A stretch of 63,563 nt of DNA, filler included, from Reclinomonas americana ATCC 50394 (lineage: Eukaryota): assembly GCA_048213135.1 (NCBI GenBank). It is 17 parts of 17 records of this genome, joined end to end, with 100 filler letters (N's around TTAATTAATTAA, not from the genome) between each part and the next. Parts side by side here need not be neighbours in the genome. Positions count along the whole stretch, not along the records: positions 31,998 to 34,121 come from AFZH01018757.1; positions 34,222 to 37,796 come from AFZH01018758.1; positions 37,897 to 54,731 come from AFZH01018759.1; 14 more parts are not named here. One strand, given 5' to 3'. The position numbers and the translations under genes were made by a program. Under the pieces are notes generated by a model. It did not search any database, was not told where the DNA came from, and saw only the letters and a list, made by a program, of their open reading frames with translations. Positions 32,480 through 45,200 of the stretch are shown here, piece by piece; position 1 is the first letter of the stretch, and each line of letters starts with the position of its first letter.

Positions 32480-33590
32480 TGTTTTGCAACCGCCGCATGT
32501 ATGCGGCGACTGTTGGTGCGGAGCCGGAGCATGGGCTGTCTTGTTGGCCAAGTCCAGGCGTGTTCGACAGCAACGGCACATGCATGACAGAGCAGCACAA
32601 GCTTGGTGCATGATCGCCCACCGTCGGGGGAGAACCCCATCGCGAGATTGTGCAGGTGATATGGCTGAGCAACGGGAAGCGCTGCTTTGTTGAGTACTTC
32701 TGCAGACCATTACATCTGTGGTCGGCGCACTGCGGTGCCGTTGCCAGGATCAACAGGCGGCAGTGACAACTCCCGTGAGCAACACCATCATCAGCTTGCG
32801 ACAACCACTCAACTACACCTCAGCTCCTTCCCGGACTTTCTTGCACGTTGCCTGGCTTTGTTGGTTATTCCTATGTGTTCTGACACCAACACCTCTTGCT
32901 ATCTACTCGAGCAGGTCCAGATGCCGATGCACAGGTGACGAAGGTGCTGATTGTGGAGCTCACCGTGGCGTACCCGAAGGACGCAGAGGCGTTGCAGAAG
33001 GCGTACGACCGCAAGTTGGCGACGTATGCCGAGCTGGTGGAGAAGATCCGAACGCACACTGAAGCGGTGGTTACGTACGTGCCGATTGTTTTCACCCAAG
33101 TTGGATCGTGCGCGCAGACTACCCGGGCGTCGTTGAAGAAGATGGGCATTGAGGGCGGCCAACTGCGCTGAGTGGTGGACAGATGCTGCGTGGAGATTCT
33201 GCGGGCGGACTATGCGATGTTCGCCTTCCGCTGTACTGGTGGTGGCAATCAGGCTCAGAACCAGAACCAAGCAAACAATCTCCCACCCGCAGCAGCTGCG
33301 CCGCAGCCTCAGGGCAACTAGATCCATCGCGTCGCTACTGCAGCACCCAGCTTCAACGAGTTCAGCGTCGACGTCTGAGTACGGCTGCTGATATCAATGC
33401 GCCACGAAATCCTTTTGAGGCTAACACGCGTTTGATTGGTTTTGCCTCCTGAAAGGGAAGATGACTGTTGGAGAAGTAATTATGTGTTTGTGTATATTGT
33501 TGGTGTGCCAAGGTCATCGTCGGCAAGGGATTTGTAGACGTTTGTCGCATTACTGGAATGTGGCGATCGCGAATGAAGTGTTTTGTTTTT
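32480..33590 (+). mobile_element. Repeat family A, longest copy: decayed 3' end of a retroelement with zinc-knuckle remnant and restriction-like endonuclease (RLE); two apparent introns
   Basis: Spliced reading CWCG...RH(MH)DRAAQAW...CA|DH...FPDFLA|RPDADAQVTKVLIVELTVAYPKDAEALQKAYDRKLATYAELV...YVPIVFTQVGS...LKKMGI fits the PD..E..K..Y RLE pattern; premature TGA at 33169 is CGA in the copy at 29009. Confidence 0.75.
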
Positions 33591-33760
33591 TTGTGTTCTT
33601 GGTGAACGTCTTTGGTGAAGTTGGCCACGCATGCTTGTTTGTTTGATGCATGATTCGTTGTTTCTGCACACATCAAGTCTATGCCTTCGCTTGGGAGATG
33701 ACAAACAAGGCGAAAGTCCTGTCGTCCTCTCATTACAATTTGTCTTCGTGAGAGAGTGCA

Positions 33761-34033
33761 ATGCTCGGCCGCCTCGCCTCTCGTCTCCTCCCACTCAGCA
33801 GCAGCAGCACTGGCGCAGTGTCTCTGCTGCCTCTCTCCTCTCCTTCACTGATGAGTGCAGCGATGAGTGTGAGCAGAGTGGTGGTGGTCACTCGCCCGTT
33901 CTCTGCGCTGTTTGCGGTGTCGGCGGAGGAGGGCATGGAGAATGTGTTGAAGGAGGAGTTGAAGGCCACGTTTGTGCGAGTGAGGGATATATCGGGTGAG
34001 GCGAGAGGAGGAGGAAGGGGGGATAGGGGAAGG

Positions 34034-34065
<32 letters not shown>

Positions 34066-34221
34066 AGAGGAGGGAGGAGGTAGAGAGAGAGGAGAGAGAG
34101 TGGAGGAGAGAGAGAGAGAGANNNNNNNNNNNNNNNNNNNNNNNNNNNNNNNNNNNNNNNNNNNNTTAATTAATTAANNNNNNNNNNNNNNNNNNNNNNN
34201 NNNNNNNNNNNNNNNNNNNNN

Positions 34222-34294
<73 letters not shown>

Positions 34295-35044
34295 TGGCTG
34301 AGATAACCTCGGGCGACAGGCACAGAGAGAACGAGAGAGGGAGGCAGATGTCATGGAAAGCGGAGCATGGGAAGGGATTTGGAATGAGAGAGAGAAGGAC
34401 ACTGATAGAGACAGGGGAGAGAGTAGGAGAGAACGCGAAGCGTAAGAGAGTGACTGGCAGGCGCTGCAGAGAGACAGCGGGTGAAAGAAAGCACAGAGTG
34501 GGTGCACTTAATGCAAGAAGACTTGGAGAATGAGAGTGAGAGAGGGATACTGACAGAGACAGGTGAGAGAGTAGGAGAGAACGCGAAGCGTAAGAGAGTG
34601 ACTGGCAGGCGCTGGAGAGAGGTAGGAGGGTGAAAGAAAGCACGGAGTGGGTTCACTTAGTGCAGGAAGACTTGGAGAATGAGAGCGGAGAGGGAGAGGG
34701 TGAGGTGAGGAGCATGAAAGGAAGAGTCGTCGCAAGGGAGTCAGCGTGAGGGAGAGAAGGACAAGCAGACAGAGCGGAAGACGGAGATATGGTGTCTGCC
34801 TTTCGCACTCATTCTCTTACCTACAGGCGGTTGTGGAGCAATGTATGAAGGTGCGCCATCTCCCCCTTACCTCGCCGTTGATTTCACTCACCTCCTCCTT
34901 TCCCTCTCTCCGCCAGTCGAGGTCCACAGTCCGGTATTCCAGGGCCAGTCACTGGTGGCACAGCACAAGCTGGTGAAGAACGCGCTCAAGCCCGAGATCA
35001 AGAACATGCATGGGATCACCATCAAGACCAAGATTGCCTCGTGA
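33761..35044 (+). CDS. BOLA3: Mitochondrial BolA-family protein BOLA3 (3 exons, spans a gap)
   Basis: Presequence-like N-terminus; VRVRDISG|GCGAMYE|VEVHSPVFQGQSLVAQHKLVKNALKPEIKNMHGITIKT. Confidence 0.92.
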
Positions 35045-35576
35045 CGGGGAAGGAGGAGGAGAGACGGGGGAGGAGAGCCTCTTCTCTGCGAGGGGAGAGA
35101 GAAATGTGAAATGCAGGTGGTTTGTTTAGAATATGATGGGGGCGGGAATGGCGAAAGGCAGAGCAGAGAGTTTCTGTGCTTTTTGGTGGTACCTCAGCGT
35201 CGGCGGATGGTGGATGGGGGGAAGAGGCGTCTTCGCGACTTGCAAGTTGTGGGCTTGGGTAAGCGGAGAGCGCAGGAAGTCTCTGTTTGCTTGGCAGTGC
35301 CTGCATTTTGGTATCTTCCTCCTCTCTCCACGTGCTGCATGCATCGCCCTCGCCGTGCCACAGTGTCTGTCAATGGTACACGGAAAGAGAATGTGACTCT
35401 TCAGCTGCCGTATATTTTTATTGAAATAAGGGGGTTTCCTGTTCATCCAGAATGATAGCTTCCACCTGCGCCACGAGCAAAGAACGTCGCCAATGCGTCC
35501 CCTGTCCTCGGCCAATTATTCCCCTCCTGTCCGTCTTCTCCGACGCATTCACGCGCCAAACTCCCACCCATTCTCA

Positions 35577-36463
35577 ATGACTCGCACTCTCTCACTCCTC
35601 ACTGTGGCGCTTGTTGCGACGGCCGCTCTGCTCAGCGTGCTCTCTGTCAGCGCACATCCCGCGTATTATCCCGAGCTGGATTTGCAGAATGGTGAGTGTC
35701 AGAGAGAGGGAGAGGGGGAAGGTGAAGGGGAGTGTGAGAGAGAGAGGGAGGGTAAGAGAGGAAGAGAGCGCGCAACAAAGAAATTGACTTTTCATGACTG
35801 ACATTGGCCCCCGTCTACAGTTTCTTATGTAGACTACGTTTTGCCATTGTTTTCTCTCTGTGTCTCTTGTGGCGTTATCAATGAGTGTAGTAGTGGCTAG
35901 GGATAAGCTGAGCGTGCAAAGAATCGGGGGTCTTGCTTGATTTCTATGTGTTTTCGGCTTCAGTACTCTTCTCCTCCATCGCGCTCTTTGTCACTCTGTG
36001 ATTGCTTGCCTGTGCATTACGGCCGAGAGGGTGTCGGCTCGTGCTACAATCCGGTTTCTTGAATTGGTGCCTTCGTTGTAGCTCTTTGCTCCTGTTACTC
36101 AATTGCTTTTGTCTGCATCTCGCTTGTAATGAGCGTGAGTGTTACAGAAGCGGGTAACTCCTGATTTAATGTGTGATGTACAGCTTCGCAGTCTCATTCT
36201 GTGCTCATATCTTTCTCCCTGTTCCGTACTCTTTTCGTACGTTTGTGAGTGTATTCGGGTGGAAGACAGGACATGCGATCGGAGGGCTTTCTGCGTTGCA
36301 GCTTCCGAAAAATATTCTTGTGATCTTCTCCTTCATTATGCTCTCTCCTTTCTCACTCCCGGGTCGCGCGTGTGAGTGTCTGGAGAAGAGAGTAATTGAG
36401 CGTGCAATTCGTCGCTTTTCTCCTTCTGTGCACTTCTCAGTTGATTGCTCTCTTTCTTTCTCT

Positions 36464-36496
<33 letters not shown>

Positions 36497-36939
36497 CTGT
36501 CTGTCTTTTTTTGCTGCCTTCGCACACGGGTGTTTCGGTGTGTAGCAATCAAGCAACAGAGATAGCTGCAATAGAGGAGGCTAAGATGCAGTCGTGTTGT
36601 GGAAGGCAGAAGGAAGCAAACAATAGCCGTGTACTCTTGCGCTATCAGCTTGCTTGTCAATGCGCGTGCACCTCACTCACTTTGCGCTCCCCAGTGAACT
36701 GCGCGGACGCCCCGCCGATCATTTCGTACCACGTGCACATTGTGTTCATGCTGGAGAACTCCGAGCAGCTGAACCGCACCCAGGCGCTGCGCGATGAGGC
36801 TCGCGTCCAGTTCATGGACATTATTGGGTGCGTGGTGGGCGAGGGAGAAGGAGTGAAAGAGGACAGGGAGAGAAGGGAGGAGAGGAGAAGAAAGGAGGGG
36901 GGAATGGGAATGGAGGAGAATGGAGATGGAGGGGAGGAA

Positions 36940-36972
<33 letters not shown>

Positions 36973-39883
36973 CAAGCGAGGAGTAGAACAGGGAAAAGTC
37001 TTAGTCACTACTGTTGAACATTCGTGTAACATGTTCCGTCTGGCTTTTGCCGTCTCTGTCATTCATTCGCAACCCATCCGCTGTGTCGCGTCTCTCTTGT
37101 CTTGCGCTCGCTGAATCTCGCGTCATTTTCTTTGTCAATCATTCGTGGCTGACTATTCCTCAGTGAGCCAAACCCTCTCATGCCACGTGCATTCTTCCTT
37201 TTTGCTCTCCGCATCGTCTCTCTCTCTCTCTCCTCGGTCTCTATCTTCGCCTACTTCTTGTCCCGCTTTTGCCACTCTCGCTGTTGGCACTCTTGCATTC
37301 TCTCTGTGTGTTTCTTCCCCTCTCTTTTCCCTTCTCTCTCTCTCTCTCTCTCACACACACACTCTTGTACTGTCACTCGTTTTCTCATGTTCGCTCTCGT
37401 GTTCACTCACATTCCCTGTTCCCTTCGCATCGATTTATCCACCTCCTCCCTTCTCCTCTCTTCTCCTCCCTTCTCCTGCCTTCTTTTCTCTTCTCCTGCC
37501 TTCTCCTTCCTTCTCCTGCCTTCTCCTGCCTTCTCCTGCCTTCTCCTGCCTTCTCCTGCCTTCTCCTCCCTTCTCCTGCCTTCTCCTCCCTCCTCCTCCC
37601 TTCTCCTCCCTTCTCCTCCCTTCTCTTCCCTTCTCCTGCCTCCTCCTGCCTTCTCCTGCCTTCTCCTGCCTTCTCCTGCCTTCTCCTGCCTTCTCCTGCC
37701 TTCTCCTGCCTTCTCCTGCCTTCTCCTCTCTTCTCCTCCCTTCTCCTCCCTTCTCCTCCCTTCTCCTCCCTTCTCCTCCCTTCTCCTCCCTTCTCCNNNN
37801 NNNNNNNNNNNNNNNNNNNNNNNNNNNNNNNNNNNNNNNNTTAATTAATTAANNNNNNNNNNNNNNNNNNNNNNNNNNNNNNNNNNNNNNNNNNNNCTCC
37901 TCTCTCTCCTTCTCTCCTCTCTCCTCTCTCCTCTCTCCTCTCTCCTCTCCTCTCCTCTCTCCTCCTCCTCTCCTCTCCTTCTCCTCGTCCTTCTCCTGCC
38001 TTCTCCTGCCTTCTCCTGCCTTCTCCTGCCTTCTCCTGCCTTCTCCTCTCTTCTCCTCCCTTCTCCTCCCTTCTCCTCCCTTCTCCTCCCTTCTCCTCCC
38101 TTCTCCTCCCTTCTCCTCCCTTCTCCTCCGCTCTCCTCCCTCCCCCCTTCTCCCTTGTCTCACAACCCCTCGCAGCGCCGACTGCACCGGCCGCTACGAC
38201 AACGGCCGCCTCTGCTTCATCTACGACCACCCGATCGACAAGATCCTGAAGGGCGGCCCCTTCCCGGTCGGCGAGTGGAGCATGTTTGTGCCGCTGCCGT
38301 ACTACGCTCGCGGTGAGTGCAACGGATGTGCACGTTGTTCTCCCCCGCTGCTCAAATCCTTCTCTTCCCGCAGTCGTGCCGTGGTTTGTGCAGCACCGCG
38401 GCGAGTTCACGCTGCTCGTGCACCCCAACACTGGCTGCGAGTACGAGGATCACTCGATCTGGGTGAGTGCGGATGAGGAGGGAGAGGGAGGGAGGGAGAG
38501 AGAGAGAGAGAGAAGGAGAAGATAGTGAACCGCGAGTGTGAAGCACAGGATGGAGAAGTATTCAGAGACTGGAAAAATGACCAGTATGACACTCATCGCT
38601 TTGCTCGCAGGCTCTGTGGTCTGGCGACAAGTGGAACCTCGGTACGTTGTCGATTGCTCTCCTCTGCAACCCTTACTCTCATTCCTTGCATTCTTTTCCA
38701 CTTCCTTCTCATCCTTTCCCTCTTCCGCTTCTTTTTTCGTCTTCATTTTTCTTCACATGTGCGCAATTTTCATGCTCCTCGCTCCATGTGTCTGTCTCTC
38801 TTCCCTCTTTGTTACGTCGCGAACCGCACTCCAAGTTGCTTGCTGTTCCACAGAAGCACTTGCTCTCTTTCCCTCTATTCAAGCCTCTTGCATTCTGTCT
38901 TCTTCTCCAAATCCACTTTGCCATTTCTTCAGTCCAAGTCGCCTTGTGATCTACCGTAGCATTTGCTCACATGATTTGATGCACTCTCTTTCCCTCCATT
39001 CAATCTCCTCTCCTCTTGCTCTCTCTCTTCCTTTCCACTTCCACTCTGCCTCTTCTTTCGTCCAAGTTGCTTGCAGTTCTACCGAAGCACTTGCTCACAT
39101 GATGTTTACGCACTCTTTTTCTCTCCTCTCACTCCCCTCTTTCTCTTTTCAATCCTCCCCACCTCCTCCGTCTCTTCTTCTGTTTTGCTTGCATCATTCC
39201 ACTCCCTCTCTTCATCCATCCCATTTCTTTCCGCCTTCTGCTTGTCTCTGAATATCTCAATACTGCTCCACCACGTACTTCGCACTCGCGGTTCTCTCTC
39301 TGCGCATTCTCGCTCTCAACACTCACCGCCTTCCCTTCTTCCCTCTCTTCCTTCACTCCCTTTGCCTCCATTTCCTCTCTCCCTTCCCTTCCTTTCCCTT
39401 TCCTCCCTTCCATTCCCTTCCCTTCCCTCCCTTCCTTTTCTTCCCTTCTCTGCCCTTCCCTTCTTGCCCTTCCCTCCTCCCTCCCCTTCCCTCCTCCCTC
39501 CCCTTCCCCCTCTCCTCACCCTCCTCCCCCCTTCCCCCACAGACATGTCCATCTTCACCCCGAACACCCAGGTCTGCTCCCTTTCCCCTTCCCCCCCTTC
39601 CCCCTTCTCCCTTCCCCATCCCCCACTCACCCCCTCCACAGACCAACGAGTTCAACGCCCGCCGCGGCGACTCCGGCAACCCCGTGTGCCTCGTCTCCGG
39701 CCAGACCTGCGGTTTCAGGTACTTTCTCCCTCCCCCTTCCCCCTTCTACCCTTCTACCTCCTCTCACTCCTCCACGCCCGCAGCTCGGAGACCCCGGCTC
39801 AGGCCGCCGGCCCCGCCATGCCCTGCTGCAGCGGCTTCTCCTGCAAGTGCGGTGGCTCCAACAGCCCGTGCCTCTGCGTGTAA
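35577..39883 (+). CDS. Secreted DOPA 4,5-dioxygenase-family protein with a C-terminal 8-Cys knottin-like domain (8 exons)
   Basis: Signal peptide MTRTLSLLTVALVATAALLSVLSVSA; SYHVHIVF, GGPFPVGEWSMFV, VVPWFVQHRGEFTLLVHPNTGCEYEDHSIW|ALWSGDKWNL|D; tail CLVSGQTC...CCSGFSCKCGGSNSPCLCV. Confidence 0.85.
37450..38130 (+). repeat. Intronic decamer satellite (CCTTCTCCTG/CCTTCTCCTC)n; same motif at about 31420-31800
   Basis: Directly visible tandem 10-mer arrays. Confidence 0.9.
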
Positions 39884-40043
39884 GCACCCCTCCTCCCTTT
39901 TTTGCTTCTCTCCTCCCCTCGCGCACGCACTCGCCACGAGTGATCGTTAATGAACAGCGTGTCGCCGAAATCCGCAGCGCGTAAACAAGCCAATCTCAAA
40001 ACAATTTCCATTACGATCCCGCTAAAAGAAGAAAATAAACTCA

Positions 40044-41784
40044 TTACTGCATGCCATACTGACGCAGGTAGCTGTGCGACTTGGACGCGCGCTTGCCCGC
40101 CGCCAGCTCATCGCGACTGAGGTACTTGCGATCGATTCGATCCTGCGAGTAGAGAGAGGAATGAGATGCTGCATGCCTTCTCCCCCTTCTCTTTCCAATC
40201 GCACTCACCTCCGTGGCATCCGTGTCATACTCGCTGTCGGTCTGGTACTGAATGCGCGGAATCTCGAGGTCGACGGCGGCCACGGTGCGACTCGCCGGCG
40301 AATTCAACGGCCGCAGCCTCGTCGGCGTCGCCGCCAGCTGCACCTGCAGCGAGCTCTCCAGCTGCTCCACCACACGCCGGCGGTCGACCGACGCGGGTGG
40401 TGGTGATGAGGCGGCAACCGCAGCCACAGGGGAACGAGACGATGTCGCAGAGGACGACGAAGAAGAGGGTGCGGCTGAGGAGGACATTGGCGGCGAGCCA
40501 TCGTACAAAATCTGCTCCTCCTCGCTAGCCGAGTACTCGGCCACGGCGGCGGCTGTGCGCTCATTCAAAAGGGAGCGCAGGTCGGGCATGCGCGTTGCGT
40601 GGCGATCGACGGGGCGCGATGGAGTAAAGGCCGACGACACGGGTGGCGAAGAGGCGGAGGAGTGCGAGGAGGAGAAGGAGGCGCGTGAGGATCCAGGGCG
40701 GCGGGTGGTAGGCGAGCCGGGTGAGGTGGTGGTGGAGGGTGGGCCGACGTCGACGGCGGTGGTGGCGGTGGGGTCTGCGAGGGGGAAAAGAGGGGAGAAG
40801 AGGGGAAGGGAGATGAGGGGAAGGAAGAAGAGGGAAAAGGAGAAGAGGGAGGGGAGGGAGGTAGGAGAAGAGGGGAAGGGCAGGAGAGAACAGGAGAAGG
40901 AGAAAACGCAAAGAGAAAGAGGAGAAAGGGAGAAGAGGGCATGGAAGAAGAGGGCGAGGGAGAAGAGGGCAAGGAAGAATAGGGCAAGGGAGAATAGGGC
41001 AAGGAAGAAGAGGGAAAGGAAGAAGAGGGCAAGGAAGAAGAGGGCAAGGAAGAAGAGGGAAAGGAAGAAGAGGGCAAGGAAGAAGAGGGAAGGGGAGAAG
41101 AGGGAAAAGGAGAAGGATAGGAAGCCCGGGGGAAGAGGGAGAGGAAACGGGAAAGAGTAAGAGAGAGTGGAAAGCGGGGAGAAAAGGAATGAGGGGAAGG
41201 GACTGGGGGGAGAGAGTGTGTGTGTGACAGAGAGAGAGAGACAGAAAGCGTGAGACTGAGAGAGGAAGAGGGAGATGGAAACGGAAGACAAACGGGGTGA
41301 CGGAGAAGGAGGAGGAGAAAGAAGAAACAAAGCGATGAAGAGAGGAAACAGTGCGGTGAGACATCACAACAATCAAACAACTAGAGATACTAAGTGTTAA
41401 GACTGACATACACGCATACAAGGAGGGGGAGACTGAGATGAAGAATAGAGACGGACAAAAGGAGAGCAGTCGGAATTTAAGTTGGAGAATGAAAAAGGGA
41501 ACGAGAGAACGCGACACTTGAAGTAAGAGATGGCCGAAAACGGGCACACAGGAAGGCGAACCCGTCTTGTGATTGTTGTCAAAGAACCTATTCTTCTTCT
41601 TCTCCAACTAGCAAACGCTACCTCCGAATCCCTAATTGCTGTCTCTGCAGGAGTGAGAACGAGAGAAAGCAAGAGTGCAAGAGAGAATGAGATTGAGACG
41701 ATGAACGAGAGTACTCAAAGCAATGAAGACCGAACCATGGAAGGAAAGGAGCGGGCACCAAAGAGAGGCAACAGAAAACAAGCG

Positions 41785-41838
<54 letters not shown>

Positions 41839-42078
41839 TAAACGAGCGCACTCAATGCAGCAAAGACAGCAGCATGTGCGGCGAAGAAAGCGAGGCACCA
41901 GAGAATGAAAGGAAGTGTGGGAAAAGCAGCGTCTGAGATGCACACGCTTTCACTCTCGTCTCCCTCGCCCCCTCCCATCTAGCATCGCTCGCTTTCCCAT
42001 TGTCTCTAATTCTCCGCGACATTCTATCTCTCCTTCTCATTAAATCTGGATTCTTGTTGATGCAACTAACTGTGCGTC

Positions 42079-42115
<37 letters not shown>

Positions 42116-42205
42116 TCTCTTCTCCCTTCACTCCCCACTCTCACTAACTCGTTCTCATAACCTTTGTTCTCTTATCCTCTCCTCACTTCACTTCTCCGCC
42201 TCCAT

Positions 42206-42240
<35 letters not shown>

Positions 42241-45200
42241 TCCCCGTCCCCTTCCCCTTCCCCTCCACAAACCTCGCATCATGGCCGCCGTGGACAGCAA
42301 CTCATCATACGCATCATCCGAATCGGCAACCGACGCCACCGACTCACGGACCGCCACACGCGCCCGCTCAACACCCACGACATCCGGCCGCCGCCCCGCC
42401 GGCTCCACCCGTTGAGCCCACAACGGCCGCACACTGTCGCCGCTGCCGCCGACGACGGAGAACGTGCCGCTCACACGTGCCGGCGACGCCGGTGGCGTGG
42501 GCTCGGTGTCGAGGACGGACTTGGGCGACGACAGCGCGCTCTGCTGATCGTCGTGCTCCACGTCGCCAACCGGCAGCGTGGGCACGGGGGGTGCGGGTGG
42601 TGGAGCCGTGGTGCGTGAGAGCACGGCCGGGGTGCGTGTGGGAGCAGAAGGTGGAGGAGGTGGTGGTGGCGGGCTAGGTGGTTGTGGCTGGCGCACTGGG
42701 CGTGGCGAGGTGTGGGCGGACGAGGCGACACCCGCTGCCGCAGGAGCAAAGTATCGCGAGCTCAGTGGAGGGCTCTGTGAGGTTAATGAAGGGATGAGTC
42801 ACACGGTCTAGGAGGAAGGACGGGAACGGAGGGCGAGGCACAGGGAAAGAGGGTTAGATAGAGAGAGAGGGAAAGAGGGAAAGACAACTAACTTGCTTCT
42901 GCACTCAGGCGCGAACAGTGAGAAGGGTGAGAGTCAAACAGAGAATGAAAGAAAGACAGAATGAAAGAAAGACTGAGTGTTTGTATGAGAGAGAGAGAGA
43001 GCGAGAGAGTGAGTAGAGAAACTGATTCGCTTCTGCGATTAGAAGAAGACTGCAAGTGCGAAAAGAGGATTGTGAGAGAATCGAGGAGGGAGTGAATGAG
43101 AGAGAGATAGACGAGTGAAAGATGGAAGCACTGAAGCGTGGGAAAGATGAAACAGATCGTATACAAACTTGCATGCAAATAGAGGACGAAGTGAGGTTCA
43201 ACAAGAGAGACAAAGACGGGCGAGGAGGAGAACAAGTACAACAGTTGAGTCTCACCTCACTTCTTCGATCGGGGGCGAACTGTGCCTGCGAATGGGCGAT
43301 GACATCAGGACCACAGACAGAGGAATTGCAGCACTATCCTCACACACCTGTCCACGGGAAGGTGGTGGCGATGGTGACGGCGATGACTGTGAGTGGAAAG
43401 TGGGCTGCGCAAAACACGATAAGCTGCTGATACGGAAGTAAACCGGTGCTCAACGCACCTTGGGTCCCGCGTACACCTCCCGCAGCTCGAGACTCTTGCG
43501 CCGGTTGTCGTCCTGCAATTCGCGGACGTGCGACTTGAGCTGGTGCACTTGGCGCGCCAACTCGCGCAGCATCATGTGCTGCCGTTCCAGGAGCTCGGTC
43601 GCTTGCATGGGGGACAGGTCACGGACTCGGTTCATCGTGTCGAGGTAGCCGGCGCTCATCTGCCAAAAGGGAGAAGGGGGTGGTGAGAGGGGAAGGGGGA
43701 AGGGAAGGAGGAAGGGAAGGGGAAGAGAAAGGGAAGGCGAAGGAGGAGTTGTTCTCATTTGTTTGCCTTTTGTGTGTGCTTCGCATGTTTTCTTGAGTGA
43801 GAAAGACGAGCAGCAACAAAAGATGCAGGCAGAGAGATGGGGACGAGGGAGAACGAGGAGGGAGAGATGAGCGGGAAGGGAGGAAGGGAGGAATAGGAGG
43901 TAAGCATGGGCGGAAACCCCGAAGGATAGAGGGCCATCACAAGAAAGCAAATGAGTTGAGGAGAGACGAAGAGGGGGATGCAAAAAACCTCGCGAGAAAT
44001 GAGACGTGAGAGTGGAAACAACTCTGCACAAGGCGCATGATAGCAAAAGAGCAGCACTGCAATCTTCAAGTTGCTAGTTCGCTCAAAGGAGAGTCTCCAA
44101 AATGATGCGAAGAAGAGACTTAAGAGGAAATTCCAATAATTGTGGAGAGCAAAAAGTAGAACAAGTGCGAGGAATGTCATCTTATTCGTGCCAGTAGTTG
44201 CAAGACGAAAGGAAACAACAGTAGGAGAAGAGGCGACATTAGAAAAGTTGTGTGAGGTGCGGAAAGGTGACTGCATTCACCACATTTCCCCTTCGCCCAT
44301 CTGCCTTTTCCCCCCTTCCCCTCCTCCCCCTTCCCCTCTTCCCACTCACCAGACTCGTCACACTGCTATCCACACTGGCAGCGGCCATCAACACCGGCAG
44401 CGGCGCTTCGTGCTCGTGCCGCCGCTGCTGCCTCCGTTCACTGTCATCCTCTGCCGACGACGGCGGCGAGGGCGACAGCGAGTCAGACGAATCCACCGAA
44501 TCGCCCAGTGCATGGCGCGACGTCATCCGGCTGCCGTTCAGCGCGACGGCCAGCCTCGGAGGCGGTGGTGCAAATCGGCCCTCATCAGCTGCGTCGTCGA
44601 TGTCGTACTCGCCCTCGCTGCCGTCAACATTATCGGACGCCGCAAATGGCCTCTTCATCGTCAGCAAGGAAGACGACGACGGTTCGGCTCCACTCTCCCG
44701 CTCGTGACCCAGCGGCACGCGCACGGGTTGGTAGGAGCGTTCGTGCAGGAACGCCGTTCGCTCGCATGCGATGCGGTCAAAGGTGAGGGGGGAGGAGGGG
44801 TCCTCGCTCTGCTCGAAGAGGACAAGAGGGTGAGAAAGGGGACAGGGGGAAGGGGAAGGACAGGGAAGGGAGAGGGAGAGGGAGAGGGAGAGGGAGAGGA
44901 AGAGGGAGAGCAAAAAACACGAAGAACGATAGAGTTGCTGACAACCGAAGGAGTTGCCGACAATGCGAGAGAAAGAAAGGAAGAAAGAGAGAGAGAGAGA
45001 GAGTTCGCTTTTCTCTCCTCCCCCCTTCCCTCACCTCCGCCATTCCCTCCCTTCCCTATCATCCCTCATCTCCCCCCTTCTCCTATATCTCACCTCCGAC
45101 ATCCTCACTGTCCCCTGATAAAACTCCACCGCCTCACTCCCCACCGCCACCGCGTCGCCTCGCCGATGCACGAGAATCAAAAACGTATTGCCGTCCTGCA

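Noticed and set aside
35860..36140. Non-repetitive intronic stretch as a possible snoRNA
   Set aside because: No convincing C/D or H/ACA box pair or rRNA-antisense element identified by eye.
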